From contig DATBJC010000089.1 of assembly GCA_036556625.1 (NCBI GenBank), positions 22,024-86,023 on the forward strand: a stretch of 64,000 nt of DNA, written 5' to 3'. Positions 15,853 through 25,580 of this stretch are shown here, in pieces; position 1 is the stretch's first letter, and every line of letters begins with the position of its first letter. This DNA is from Gemmatimonadales bacterium (lineage in GTDB: Bacteria; Gemmatimonadota; Gemmatimonadetes; Gemmatimonadales; GWC2-71-9). The position numbers were made by a program, and so were the translations under genes. A model generated the notes under the pieces. It ran no database searches, was not told where the DNA came from, and worked only from the letters and a program-made list of their open reading frames with translations.

Positions 15853-17133
15853 TCACATTCTGCGGGCACGGGCGGAGCCGGTCCCCTGGAGGGAGGCCGG
15901 ATCCGAAAGCCACGCGCTCTTGCTGGCGAATCCGAGCGCCATGACCATCCAGAACAGCGGGCTCGCCAGCCGATTCTGCGTCATATTGCTGGCGAGGATG
16001 GCGAGAACCAGCGCGAGCGGGAGCACACCGCGGGGCCCGGCCCGGGCGCCCCACGCGGCATGGAGGCATAGCCAGGTTCCCAGCAGGAATGGGATCGCTC
16101 CCAGCAGTCCCGCGGTCGTGAGCACATCGAGCAGGATGTTGTGGGTATCACGACTGTCGTGCAGCGCGTCGTTCAGCCGTGCCGCGAGCTCGCGCTTGTT
16201 GGCGGTCGGCCCCCAGCCGAGCACGGGTCGCTCCAGGATCATGTCCACCGCGATGGGCCAGATCCGGTCGCGGCCCGACATGTGTCCGCTCTCGACCGTC
16301 TTCTCCACCCGGGCACGCATGACCTCGGACTGCAGGGCCAGGAACCCCAGGCCTGCCAGCAACACGCCCCCTACCAGCAGGTTCCTGACGCGAACCCGGA
16401 GGGTCTGGCCGCTCCCCAGGAACATGAGCACCCCGATGGCGGTGGTGACCAGGCCGCCACGCGATCCGGTCTCGATGATGCCGACGGCGATGAGCCCCGC
16501 ACCCGCCCATATGAGAGGGCGCACGGCGCGCCCCCGGCGGTGCTGCGCATAGGCCAGGCCGATGAGCGCCAGCAGTCCCATGGCGAGCACCTGGGCGCTC
16601 TGATTCGGATTCTGGTTCAGTGCGGCGACCCGCTCCACGCCCTTGGCGCTGACGCTCTGGGAGAGCCCGAGCAGCGGGAGCAGCGCTCGTACGACGCACC
16701 CGACGATGAGCGCCCAGAGAGCCGCGCGATACACCCGCGGGTCTCGCAACAGGTTGGCGCAGGCCCAGAAGAGGAGCAGCCAGGTGGTGAGCCGGACCGT
16801 CTGGATCAGGGCCTCGGTGCTGAACACTCCAGCGGGGTAGGTCCCCCCATTGGTGGCGAACGCGACCAGCACGACGAACAGGAACATCGCGAAGCACACC
16901 ACCGGCCATGGGACGCGACCGTAGCTGGCCTGGGGGTCCAGCAAGGTCACCAGCACGAAGAGCGAGCCGGTCATGGTGGTGACTTCGTAGGCGAACAGCT
17001 CGGGCGCTTCGAGTGGGAGCGAGAACGCGAAGAAAGCCAGCGCCAAGACCACGATCGTGGCCACCGAGGTTCTGGCCTCGGTTCCCATGCCTGCCTGTTG
17101 GGCCAGGGGCGTGGCGAGCGGCCTCGCGCTCAT
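15853..17133 (-). CDS. O-antigen ligase / Wzy-like polysaccharide polymerase family membrane protein.
   Basis: 426-aa polytopic membrane ORF. The central segment (IIETGSRGGLVTTAIGVLMFL) resembles the Wzy_C/O-antigen ligase core. Confidence 0.7.
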   Translation of the reverse strand: MSARPLATPLAQQAGMGTEARTSVATIVVLALAFFAFSLPLEAPELFAYEVTTMTGSLFVLVTLLDPQASYGRVPWPVVCFAMFLFVVLVAFATNGGTYPAGVFSTEALIQTVRLTTWLLLFWACANLLRDPRVYRAALWALIVGCVVRALLPLLGLSQSVSAKGVERVAALNQNPNQSAQVLAMGLLALIGLAYAQHRRGRAVRPLIWAGAGLIAVGIIETGSRGGLVTTAIGVLMFLGSGQTLRVRVRNLLVGGVLLAGLGFLALQSEVMRARVEKTVESGHMSGRDRIWPIAVDMILERPVLGWGPTANKRELAARLNDALHDSRDTHNILLDVLTTAGLLGAIPFLLGTWLCLHAAWGARAGPRGVLPLALVLAILASNMTQNRLASPLFWMVMALGFASKSAWLSDPASLQGTGSARARRM

Positions 17134-17160
17134 CGGGTCGGTCTCACCGGGGCGCGCATG

Positions 17161-18693
17161 CTAGAGGCAGTTCCAGATCTCCCGCTTCGCGAGGAGCAGG
17201 ACCTCCTCGAACGGCCGGGAGGCGTCGATTTCGGCCACGCGGGTCTCCTCGGTGAAGCGCAGTCGGTCCAGCACCCGCATCCGGGCGTCCAGCAATCGCT
17301 GCGGTGTCTCCGGCTTGCGCTGCAGCGCGAGCTCGCGGCTGATGACCAGCTTGAGCACCAGTGCCGGACGCAGCCGCTCGACGTACTGGATGGACGCCAG
17401 CTCCATTCGGGCCACCACGCGTCGCGGCCACGACGGGTGATCGAGCCAGTGGCTGAGTAACGGTCCGTCGTTGCCGGGCGCCTGGCTCTGGGGGAATCGG
17501 TCGCACACCACGATCGCACCCTGGTTCCGCTGCCGTCGCGCGAACGATGCGCGCCGGCGCCGCTCGAGCGACAGCGAGGTGACCCAGAGAAGCTCGCCGG
17601 CCGTCCGAAGCCGGGAAGTTCCCGATCCCCGGCGCTCCGCCGGCACGGAAGCCTTCGCGGTGGGACGGGCCCGCTTGAACAGGGCGGCCGCGCGCTGGAG
17701 GGCACGGCGCGGCAGCGAGACCGGGCCCTGTCCACTGCCGAAATAGACCGACGCGACATGGGTGTTGCGGCGGAGCCAGCCGGTCAGCTCGCGGGTCAGG
17801 GTGGATTTTCCCGAGCCGTCGGCCCCCAGCATCACGATGAACAGACCTCCCTGGGGAGATTGCAGGCGCGGCGCGCGCGCCAGCTGAAGCTCTCGCCACC
17901 AGCGTCGCCACCGAGCTTGCAGCGGCCGATAGGTCCGGTATTCCTGGACCGAGGGGGTCACCGCCCGCCGGAAATGCGCGAGCGCGCCGGGCTCAGGCGC
18001 GGGACTCTCGACCAGCTGGTCCAGGAGGCGGGCTGCGGAGGCGCCCACCAGGCTCTGCGCCAGCTCACTCAGCTGCCCTCGATCGACCCGCTCGGCCAGC
18101 CAGCGGAACTCGGTCAGCACGCTTCCCCGCAGGGCCGGGCGGCCAAGCAGCGTGAAGATCCGGTCACGGACCCGGAGCTTGAGAGCGGCGCGAAGAACCA
18201 GCAGCAGCAGCTCCAGCTCCGGATCGGTGACGTACACGCCCTCGGCCTCGCTATAGCGCCTCCGGGAGAGCATCAGGTGCTCCCAGGGCACCCGGTAACC
18301 CTTCAGGTTCCGTTCGCCCAGCGTGAGCTGATAGTGCAGGTGGAGGTGAATGAGACGTCCGGTGGCGTCGTCGAGCCCGAGGTACGACTCGATGGCCGGG
18401 TAGCGGCGGGGAGGAGCGGTCAGGAACCGCTTGAAGCGGGTCTGCGCGAGCAGGCCGGCCAGTCGTTGCGCATGGTGCCGAGACACCAGCACGTCAAGGT
18501 CGGTCTCGCCCACCAGCGAGGCGCGGAGGTGCTCGTTGCTCTTCCAGTGACAATACTCCACGCCCGCTTCGTGCAGGAGGTGGAAGAGCGTCGCGATCTC
18601 ACCGAGTCGGGGCGCCTCGACCATCGGGTCGGCGCCGAGCATTGGCGGGGCGGATGTCATCCGTGCTGGCCGCATGAGCCGGCGAGAGGGCAC
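17161..18693 (-). CDS. Fusion protein: N-terminal nucleotidyltransferase-like domain plus C-terminal thymidylate-kinase-like P-loop domain.
   Basis: 510-aa ORF. The N-terminal half (about 17914-18606) reads HWKSNEHLRASLVGETDLDVLV, a G..D.D pattern like the Pol-beta NTase fold. The C-terminal half (17164-17847) has LFIVMLGADGSGKSTL (Walker A) and IVVCDRF. The start is uncertain because several in-frame ATG/GTG codons lie between 18693 and about 18625. Confidence 0.6.
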   Translation of the reverse strand: MPSRRLMRPARMTSAPPMLGADPMVEAPRLGEIATLFHLLHEAGVEYCHWKSNEHLRASLVGETDLDVLVSRHHAQRLAGLLAQTRFKRFLTAPPRRYPAIESYLGLDDATGRLIHLHLHYQLTLGERNLKGYRVPWEHLMLSRRRYSEAEGVYVTDPELELLLLVLRAALKLRVRDRIFTLLGRPALRGSVLTEFRWLAERVDRGQLSELAQSLVGASAARLLDQLVESPAPEPGALAHFRRAVTPSVQEYRTYRPLQARWRRWWRELQLARAPRLQSPQGGLFIVMLGADGSGKSTLTRELTGWLRRNTHVASVYFGSGQGPVSLPRRALQRAAALFKRARPTAKASVPAERRGSGTSRLRTAGELLWVTSLSLERRRRASFARRQRNQGAIVVCDRFPQSQAPGNDGPLLSHWLDHPSWPRRVVARMELASIQYVERLRPALVLKLVISRELALQRKPETPQRLLDARMRVLDRLRFTEETRVAEIDASRPFEEVLLLAKREIWNCL

Positions 18694-19133
18694 AACGTGG
18701 CGGCCTTGGCCCGGGGCAACCGGCCACAGGCAATGCTATGGGCTGTGAGCAAATGGAAACCCTGGCGTGGTGTGGTCGGCGACGGGCTACAGCAAGTTCC
18801 GTACGCGGTATGGCCCCCGCTCCGGCCCTATCAACCCGTGGAGGCCGCGGGGCACGCGACCGGGACCATGGGCGTTGACCTGGGGCGGCCGGCGGAATGT
18901 TGCACGGGTGCGCCAGTAGCGCGGTTGCCCTGCAGCATGATGCCTGGGGCCGGGATGGGCCGCCACCTCTGAGCAGAAAGCCGCGTTATGGTCCACTACT
19001 TGCTCCCGGCCCGACCCCGGGTCTGCCAGTCCGCTCATTTTTCGACCCCATCCGGATCAGCTCATCCCCAGGATACCTCGATGGCGCAAAGGAGCTTCCC
19101 CCGGTGTTCCGGTGCTGACACGCGAGCCAACCA

Positions 19134-20672
19134 GTGAGTGACGGGCCTGGCGGGTTGACCGGCCGCACGATTTCCGGTGTGCTCTGGACCTCCTGGGGCA
19201 AAGGGGGCCATGTCGCCCTGAACCTGCTCACTCTGGTGGTCCTGGCCCGGCTGCTCTCTCCGCGCGAGTTCGGCACGGTCAGCGCCGCCCTGGTCCTCGT
19301 CGAGTTCTCCAGCATCTTCTCTCGACTCGGTCTCGGTCCCGCGGTCGTACAGCGTCGCGAGCTGGAACCGCGCCATCTCAAGGTCGCTTTCACCGGTTCA
19401 CTGATCCTGGGTCTTGCCGTCGGGGTGCTCATCTGGCTGCTGGCGGGCCAGGCGGCAAGTTTCTTCCGCAATGCCCAGGTGGCGGACGTGCTGCGCGCAC
19501 TGGCATGGGTGTTTCCGCTCAAAGGCGTCTCGGCCGTGGCCGAAGCCCTGTTGCTGCGCGACCTGCGCTTCCGTTGGCTGGCAAATCTCGACGTCGCCAC
19601 GTTTGCCTTCGGCCAGCTCTGCGTGGCGATTCCACTTGCCTATCTGGGCTTCGGGGTCTGGTCGCTGGTCGCCGGCACCATAACCCAAACGCTGGTCCGG
19701 TCCGGATTTCTCTTGCTGGTGCGGCGGCCTCCCGGCCTGGGGCTGGAGCGGCAGGCGTTCGGGGAGATGCTGCATTTCGGAGCCGGATTCACCATCGCGC
19801 GGCTGGCGAATCTCCTGGCGCTCCAGGGCGACAATCTGGTGGTAGGGCGGTGGCTGGGACCTGCCGCGCTGGGCCTCTATGGCCGCGCCTACGGGCTGAT
19901 GTCGGCGCCGGCTTCCGCGCTGGGCAAAGTGCTCGACGACGTCCTCTTTCCCACCATGGCACGGGTCCAGGACGATCCGGTTCGGTTGGGGCTGGCCTAC
20001 CGACGAGGTGTGGCGCTGATCGCGCTGGTAGCGCTGCCCGCCAGCATCGGTATGGTGATCCTCGCGCCCGAGCTGGTCCGCGTGGCGCTGGGCGAGCGTT
20101 GGGTCGCCGCGACCGTGCCCTTTCAGGTGCTCGCGGCCGGGACGCTGTTCCGCACCAGTTACAAGATGAGCGACTCGCTGGCCCGCTCGACGGGGGTGGT
20201 CTACTCCCGGGCGAGACGCCAGATCCTGTATGCCGCGATGGTGATCGGCGGAGCCCTGGTGGGCCAGCGCTGGGGCATCACCGGCGTCGCGGTGGGAGTG
20301 CTGGTCGCACTGGTCGCGAACTTTCTGAGCATGGCCCAGCTGAGCTTGAGCGTCTGCGGGATGAGCTGGACCTCGTTCGGGCAGGCGCATCGAGCCAGTG
20401 TCCTTCTGGCCAGCGCGGTCGGCGGTAGCGCCTGGCTGGGGGTTACCGCTGCCCGCGCCCTCCACGCGCCGTCACTCGCCGTGATCCTGATAGCCCTGAC
20501 CTCCGGCTGCGCAATCGGTCTGTGGCTCATCCGTCTGTCTCCCGCCACCTTCCTCGGTGCCGACGGCGTCTGGGCGATTTCGACGATCACGGGGTACGCT
20601 CGCCGCCGTTTCCGCGGCCGCGGCCGGCGCGCAACCGAAGCATCCGGTGCGGCTCCCATGCCCCTCTCGTGA
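19134..20672 (+). CDS. wzx: Polysaccharide flippase (Wzx, MOP superfamily).
   Basis: 512-aa polytopic ORF. The typical N-terminus reads GVLWTSWGKGGHVALNLLTLVVLARLLSPREFG, with LGLYGRAY later. Confidence 0.8.
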   Translation: MSDGPGGLTGRTISGVLWTSWGKGGHVALNLLTLVVLARLLSPREFGTVSAALVLVEFSSIFSRLGLGPAVVQRRELEPRHLKVAFTGSLILGLAVGVLIWLLAGQAASFFRNAQVADVLRALAWVFPLKGVSAVAEALLLRDLRFRWLANLDVATFAFGQLCVAIPLAYLGFGVWSLVAGTITQTLVRSGFLLLVRRPPGLGLERQAFGEMLHFGAGFTIARLANLLALQGDNLVVGRWLGPAALGLYGRAYGLMSAPASALGKVLDDVLFPTMARVQDDPVRLGLAYRRGVALIALVALPASIGMVILAPELVRVALGERWVAATVPFQVLAAGTLFRTSYKMSDSLARSTGVVYSRARRQILYAAMVIGGALVGQRWGITGVAVGVLVALVANFLSMAQLSLSVCGMSWTSFGQAHRASVLLASAVGGSAWLGVTAARALHAPSLAVILIALTSGCAIGLWLIRLSPATFLGADGVWAISTITGYARRRFRGRGRRATEASGAAPMPLS

Positions 20673-21002
20673 CGTCTTTTGGTGGGTGTGGCGCGTGCGC
20701 GGCAGTGACGCACACGCTCACGACGTAAGGCGGCGAGACCCTCCCACACCACCCGTTTTCCCGAGCGGGAGCTGAGCCGCTAACTCCAACTCGAGCGGAA
20801 GCTTGAACGCCCGACCCGAGGTCTCGTTCCACCCCACCGTTACTGGCCTGTGACTTGCTGGATACAAGGTGTCCCACCCGATCCCACTTTGCACGCCTTG
20901 ATTCGCGAGCCCCCTGATGCGCTTGCAGGCCCGTCGCACCACGATGTCAACCTTCCTGCCGCCGTGTCTGGTTGCGCGCCGACTCAGTCGGCGGATGCCG
21001 CA

Positions 21003-22487
21003 ATGAGTGCCATCCCGCTCGGAGGTATTTCCCGGCGCAAGCGGACGGTAGCGCCCTCCGAGGTGCCCACCTTGTGGACCGGCGGCCGGCACCTCGCGCT
21101 CGGCGGGACGCGCGCAACCCTGCTCTTCCTGTGCGACGTGATCGTGACCTGGGAACTCGCGGGCCTGCTCAGGGCGCTGCGCACGGGTCCCTGGCTCTCG
21201 CCGGGGGCTGCGGAGACGCTGGATCTGCTGGTTCCCTACGGACAGCTCCTCCAGGCCGCCTTCCCCTTGAACGTGGTTCTGTGCCTGGCGCTCCTTGGCA
21301 CCTATGGCGGAGTAGGGGCCGGACGGACGATGGGCCGACGGGTCACCGCCGGAGCCCTGGCCGTGACCCTGCCCGCGTGGGCGGCGCTGTGGCAGGAGCC
21401 GTCCTCCGCGCTCCTCGCCGGTTACGCGCTGCTGACCCTCGTGGTGATCCTCGCGCTGTGGCTCTCGACCCGGTGCGCCGAAGCCGTACGCCGGGTGATG
21501 ACGCCTCACCGGTTCCGTGCGGCCCGGGTCCTCCTGGTCGCGAGCGAGCACGATTTGCATCGGGTGAACCGGCATCCGGCGCTGTCCGACCGCAAAATGT
21601 TCACCGTGCGCGGGGTGTTCGATCCGGAAGAGCTCAGTGCGCGGGGCGCGCTGGAGGAATTCTGCGCGGCCATCCGCCGGCATGAAGCCGATACGGTAGT
21701 GCTGTGCTGTGGACCCCTGGGGGACCGGGCCTTCAGCGTGGTGACGGATGCCGCCACCACGCTGGGCTGTGCGCTGGTCTCGCTGACGCGTTCGCCGCGG
21801 TCGGCCGGTTCAGGGCCCCACCTGGTCTGGGCCCATGGCTCGCCGCTGATGGTGCTGGCTACGCCCGGCGTGCGGATCCTCCAGCTGCTGCTCAAGCGCG
21901 CCGGCGATATCGTGGTCTCGGGTGTCGCCCTGGTCATTCTCTCCCCGTTGATGGCCCTCATCGCGCTCTGCGTTCGGCTGGAAAGCTCCGGCCCGGTGCT
22001 GTTCAGGCAGCGGCGCATCGGGGCCTGGGACCGGTCGTTCGGCTGTCTCAAATTCCGCACGATGCGGGTGGACGCGGAACAGGTGCTGCGGAACGACCCC
22101 GTCCTCTACGCGAAGTACGTCCAGAACAACTACAAGCTGCCCGATGGGGAAGACCCCCGGATCACCCGGATCGGGCTGATCCTGCGGAAGACCAGCCTGG
22201 ATGAGCTGCCGCAGCTGTGGAACGTCTTCCGCGGCGACATGTCCCTGGTCGGACCGCGGCCGGTGGTTCCGGAGGAGCTGAACGAGTACGGCGAGAAGCG
22301 GCGGGTGCTGCTGTCGGTCAAGCCGGGAATGAGCGGAGCCTGGGCGGTGACGGGGCGGAGCAGAGTGGGATACCCCCAGCGGGCGGCTATCGAGCTGCAC
22401 TACGTCCGCCGCTGGCGACTCCTCCGGGATCTGGCGATCCTGTGGCGCACATTGCCGGCGGTCATCGCCCGGCGAGGTGCGCATTGA
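21003..22487 (+). CDS. Priming polyprenyl-phosphate glycosyl-1-phosphate transferase (WbaP/EpsB-type sugar transferase).
   Basis: Track ORF 20850..22487. The preferred start is ATG 21003. N-terminal TM segments are followed by the C-terminal catalytic motifs [36 protein letters not shown]. Confidence 0.85.
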   Translation: MSAIPLGGISRRKRTVAPSEVPTLWTGGRHLALGGTRATLLFLCDVIVTWELAGLLRALRTGPWLSPGAAETLDLLVPYGQLLQAAFPLNVVLCLALLGTYGGVGAGRTMGRRVTAGALAVTLPAWAALWQEPSSALLAGYALLTLVVILALWLSTRCAEAVRRVMTPHRFRAARVLLVASEHDLHRVNRHPALSDRKMFTVRGVFDPEELSARGALEEFCAAIRRHEADTVVLCCGPLGDRAFSVVTDAATTLGCALVSLTRSPRSAGSGPHLVWAHGSPLMVLATPGVRILQLLLKRAGDIVVSGVALVILSPLMALIALCVRLESSGPVLFRQRRIGAWDRSFGCLKFRTMRVDAEQVLRNDPVLYAKYVQNNYKLPDGEDPRITRIGLILRKTSLDELPQLWNVFRGDMSLVGPRPVVPEELNEYGEKRRVLLSVKPGMSGAWAVTGRSRVGYPQRAAIELHYVRRWRLLRDLAILWRTLPAVIARRGAH

Positions 22488-23254
22488 GCCTGGCTATCGC
22501 CGCATTCTGTTTCCATGAAGTGACCGACGACCCAGGGTCCACCGGCTTCCAGCGCCGCGGTGCGGCGCCGTTCAGGCTCACCCCGGCCGGGTTCGGCAGG
22601 CATCTGGACCGCATCGGCGCCGCGGGCGTTTCCCCCCGGCTGGTCACCGAGCTGGACACCGCGGACCGGCACATTCTCCTCACCTTCGACGACGGCGGCC
22701 GCAGCGCGCTCACCGCTGCCGACCAGCTCGAGCACCGGGGATGGCGCGGCCATTTCTTCATCGTCACCAGTCGCATCGGCAGTCGCACGTTCCTCGCCAG
22801 GGAGGAGCTCCGGGAGCTGCGCCGGCGCGGGCACGTGGTGGGCAGTCATTCGCACACGCATCCCGACATCTTTCGCGAGCTCCCCGTCGAGCGAATGCGC
22901 GCGGAATGGCGGACCAGTGCCGACCTCCTCTCCGAGCTCCTGGGTGAGCCCTGTGAGTCCGCCTCGGTGCCCGGTGGGGAGATCTCGAGTGCCGTGCTGC
23001 AGTCGGCATCCGACACCGGGTTCCGTTTCGTCTTTACCGTCGAGCCGGTGCTTCGCCCGTCGAACGTCGGGCAGTGCATGGTCCTCGGGCGGTTCCTGGT
23101 GAAGACGGCTACGGACCCCTCCCGGGTGGATCAGCTCGCCCGGTTCCGCGGCTGGGGATCGGCGCTTGCCGTGCGTCGGCTCAAGGCGGTGGCGCGACGC
23201 AGCGTGCCGCCGCTCTATCGCTACGTCGTCGCCCGGAGGGCTCGCGAGTCATGA
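22484..23254 (+). CDS. Polysaccharide deacetylase (NodB/CE4-like).
   Basis: Track ORF 22217..23254. The likely start is TTG 22484, which overlaps the upstream stop (TTGA). It reads LTFDDGGRSAL and GHVVGSHSHTHPD. The exact start is uncertain. Confidence 0.75.
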   Translation: MSLAIAAFCFHEVTDDPGSTGFQRRGAAPFRLTPAGFGRHLDRIGAAGVSPRLVTELDTADRHILLTFDDGGRSALTAADQLEHRGWRGHFFIVTSRIGSRTFLAREELRELRRRGHVVGSHSHTHPDIFRELPVERMRAEWRTSADLLSELLGEPCESASVPGGEISSAVLQSASDTGFRFVFTVEPVLRPSNVGQCMVLGRFLVKTATDPSRVDQLARFRGWGSALAVRRLKAVARRSVPPLYRYVVARRARES

Positions 23255-24303
23255 GCAGCGGGGACCAGGCTTGGCCCTTCGTGTCCATCGTGATCCCGTG
23301 CCGCAACGAGGCCCGCTACATCGGGCCGTGCCTCGACTCCATCCTCGATAGTGACTATCCCCGGGATCGGCTCGAGATCATCGTCGCCGACGGCATGAGT
23401 GACGACGGCACTCGGGACATCCTCGCCCGGTACGCGGCGGAACACGATCGCATCACGATGGTGGACAATCCTCGCCGGATCACACCCTGCGGCTTGAACG
23501 TCGCGGTCCATGCATGCCGGGGCGAGACCATCGTCCGGATGGACGTTCACGCCATGTATCCGTCCGACTACTTGCCCCGGCTGATCCGGGCCCAGCAGGA
23601 AACGGGGGCGGAGAACGTGGGCACGATGGTGAACACGCTCCCGGCCGAGGAAACGCCGATGGCCCGCGCCATCGCGTTGGGTCTGTCCCATCCGCTCGGG
23701 GTCGGCAACTCGCACTTCCGGGTGGGGACCTCGACGCGGCGGTGGGTGAATCACGTGCCGTTCGGCTGTTGGAAGCGCGAGGTGTTCGAGCGGATCGGCT
23801 ACTTCGATGAGGAGCTGGTGCGCGGGCAGGACGTCGAGTTCAACGCCCGCCTCCTCCAGCAGGGCGGTCGAATCCTCCTCCTGTCCGAGGTGGCGTCGGA
23901 GTACCACGGGCGCCGGACGCTCGGTCAGCTCTCTCGTATGATGTACCAGTACGGCTACTTCAAGCCGCTGATCGCGCGGAAAATCGGCAAGATTCTGACC
24001 CTCCGCCAACTGGTGCCGTCCCTCTTCGTCGTCGGCGTGACCGGCATGCTGCTGCTGGCGTCCGGTTGGTCGTGGGCCCGGCTCGGGCTCGCCCTGGTCC
24101 TCTCGGCCTATGGGCTGCTGGTGTGCCTGGCGGCGGCCCGGAACGGAGCACGGCTGGGCGGCAGGGGAGCGCTGGCCTTCTCGGCGGTGCTTCCGACCAT
24201 GCACTGGAGCTACGGCCTAGGGTACCTGCAGGGCTTGTGGGACCACTTCATCCTGCCGCGCTCCTCCCGGCGACCCGCGGCCGCTGTCGCGCTCAGCCGC
24301 TAG
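23251..24303 (+). CDS. Glycosyltransferase family 2 with C-terminal TM segments.
   Basis: Track ORF 23074..24303. The start ATG 23251 overlaps the upstream stop (ATGA). It reads VSIVIPCRNEARYI and IIVADGMSDDGT. Confidence 0.85.
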   Translation: MSSGDQAWPFVSIVIPCRNEARYIGPCLDSILDSDYPRDRLEIIVADGMSDDGTRDILARYAAEHDRITMVDNPRRITPCGLNVAVHACRGETIVRMDVHAMYPSDYLPRLIRAQQETGAENVGTMVNTLPAEETPMARAIALGLSHPLGVGNSHFRVGTSTRRWVNHVPFGCWKREVFERIGYFDEELVRGQDVEFNARLLQQGGRILLLSEVASEYHGRRTLGQLSRMMYQYGYFKPLIARKIGKILTLRQLVPSLFVVGVTGMLLLASGWSWARLGLALVLSAYGLLVCLAAARNGARLGGRGALAFSAVLPTMHWSYGLGYLQGLWDHFILPRSSRRPAAAVALSR

Positions 24304-24307
24304 GAAA

Positions 24308-25576
24308 ATGTCGACGCCACCGATCCTGATCCTGGATGGACAGACCAACCAGGCCCTGGCCTGCGTGAGGTCCATCGGCCGGGCCGGATACCCCGTATTC
24401 GTGGCCAGCCGGCGACAGTGGCCCCTGGCCGCGTGGTCCCGGTGGGCGGCAGGCGCCTTTCGCCTCCGGGGGGAGACCCGGGAGGACTTCGAGGACCTCC
24501 GGGCATGGGCCGTGCGTCAGGGTGTGGCGGTCGTGCTGCCGATGACGGAGCGCTCCTGCCTTCTATGCAATGGCGCCCGTGAGAGTTGGGAAGCAGCCGG
24601 GATCATCGTGGGCTGTGGTGAGCCGGCCATGGTGATGAGCGCATTCGACAAGGCCGCCACCCTGGATGCCGCCAGCGACTGCGGCGTCGCCATTCCCCCG
24701 ACCAGGCTGCCGCGGTCGGAGGACGAATGTCGGACCGCTGGGGACGAGCTGGGGTATCCGCTGGTCGTGAAGACCCGGTTCAGCGAAGCGCTGGTGGAGG
24801 GGCGACTGATCCGGGGCGGCGGAGCCTCCTATGTGGCTGGGCCCGACGAGCTCCTGCCGGCCGTGCGGAAGAACCGCCAGGGACCCTACTGGCCGATCGT
24901 CCAGGGCTTCGTGCCGGGAACCGGCAAAGGCGTCTCGGGCCTTGCGGACCACGGCCGCGCACTGGGGCTGGTCGCCCATGAGCGGTTACGCGATGTCCGT
25001 CCGAGCGGTTCGGGCAGCAGCCTTCGCCGCACCATCTCGCTGGAGCCTCGGCTGCGCGCCCCGGTGGAGCGCCTGCTGGCCCGCCTCCGGTGGCACGGCC
25101 CGGTGATGGTCGAGTTCCGCGATGACGGGGGTCCGAGCCCCTGTCTGATGGAAGTGAACGGCCGATTCTGGGGCTCCACGCAGCTCGCCGTGGACGCGGG
25201 ACTGGATGTGCCTCGCGCCTGGCTCGAGTTGCTGCTGGGACGCACGGTCGAGCCGGTCACCCGCTACCAGGCAGGCGTGACCCTGCGCTGGCTGTGGGGA
25301 GATATCAAGCGCTTGCTCACGATCCTGAAGGGACGTCCGGCCGGCTATCCCGGAGCCTACCCCGCACGGCTCACCGGTCTGCGGGAACTGATGCAACGGC
25401 AGCCACCGGGCACTCGCCTGGAAGCGTGGCGAGCCGACGATCCATGGCCGGCTCTGGGGGAGTGGGTTCAGGGGTTCGGGGAGCTGATGGACCTGAGCAG
25501 GCCCCCGGGCCAGCATCGGATCGTTCCGGAACGGCGGGCGGCTCACAGCCAGCTCATGACGCACACTGAGGTATAA
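24308..25576 (+). CDS. ATP-grasp domain ligase.
   Basis: 422-aa ORF. It reads ILILDGQTNQALACVRSIGRAGYPV, YPLVVKTRF, GPVMVEFR and LMEVNGRFWGS, which is typical ATP-grasp layout. Confidence 0.7.
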   Translation: MSTPPILILDGQTNQALACVRSIGRAGYPVFVASRRQWPLAAWSRWAAGAFRLRGETREDFEDLRAWAVRQGVAVVLPMTERSCLLCNGARESWEAAGIIVGCGEPAMVMSAFDKAATLDAASDCGVAIPPTRLPRSEDECRTAGDELGYPLVVKTRFSEALVEGRLIRGGGASYVAGPDELLPAVRKNRQGPYWPIVQGFVPGTGKGVSGLADHGRALGLVAHERLRDVRPSGSGSSLRRTISLEPRLRAPVERLLARLRWHGPVMVEFRDDGGPSPCLMEVNGRFWGSTQLAVDAGLDVPRAWLELLLGRTVEPVTRYQAGVTLRWLWGDIKRLLTILKGRPAGYPGAYPARLTGLRELMQRQPPGTRLEAWRADDPWPALGEWVQGFGELMDLSRPPGQHRIVPERRAAHSQLMTHTEV

Positions 25577-25580
25577 GCGT

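Noticed and set aside
20673-21002. The 330-bp gap between wzx and the priming transferase, including the minus ORF 20718..21683 (321 aa) and small plus ORFs.
   Set aside because: The ORF translations are Arg/Gly/Pro-rich with no motifs, and they overlap the transferase gene. The gap is more likely to hold an internal promoter, but I could not identify one convincingly.
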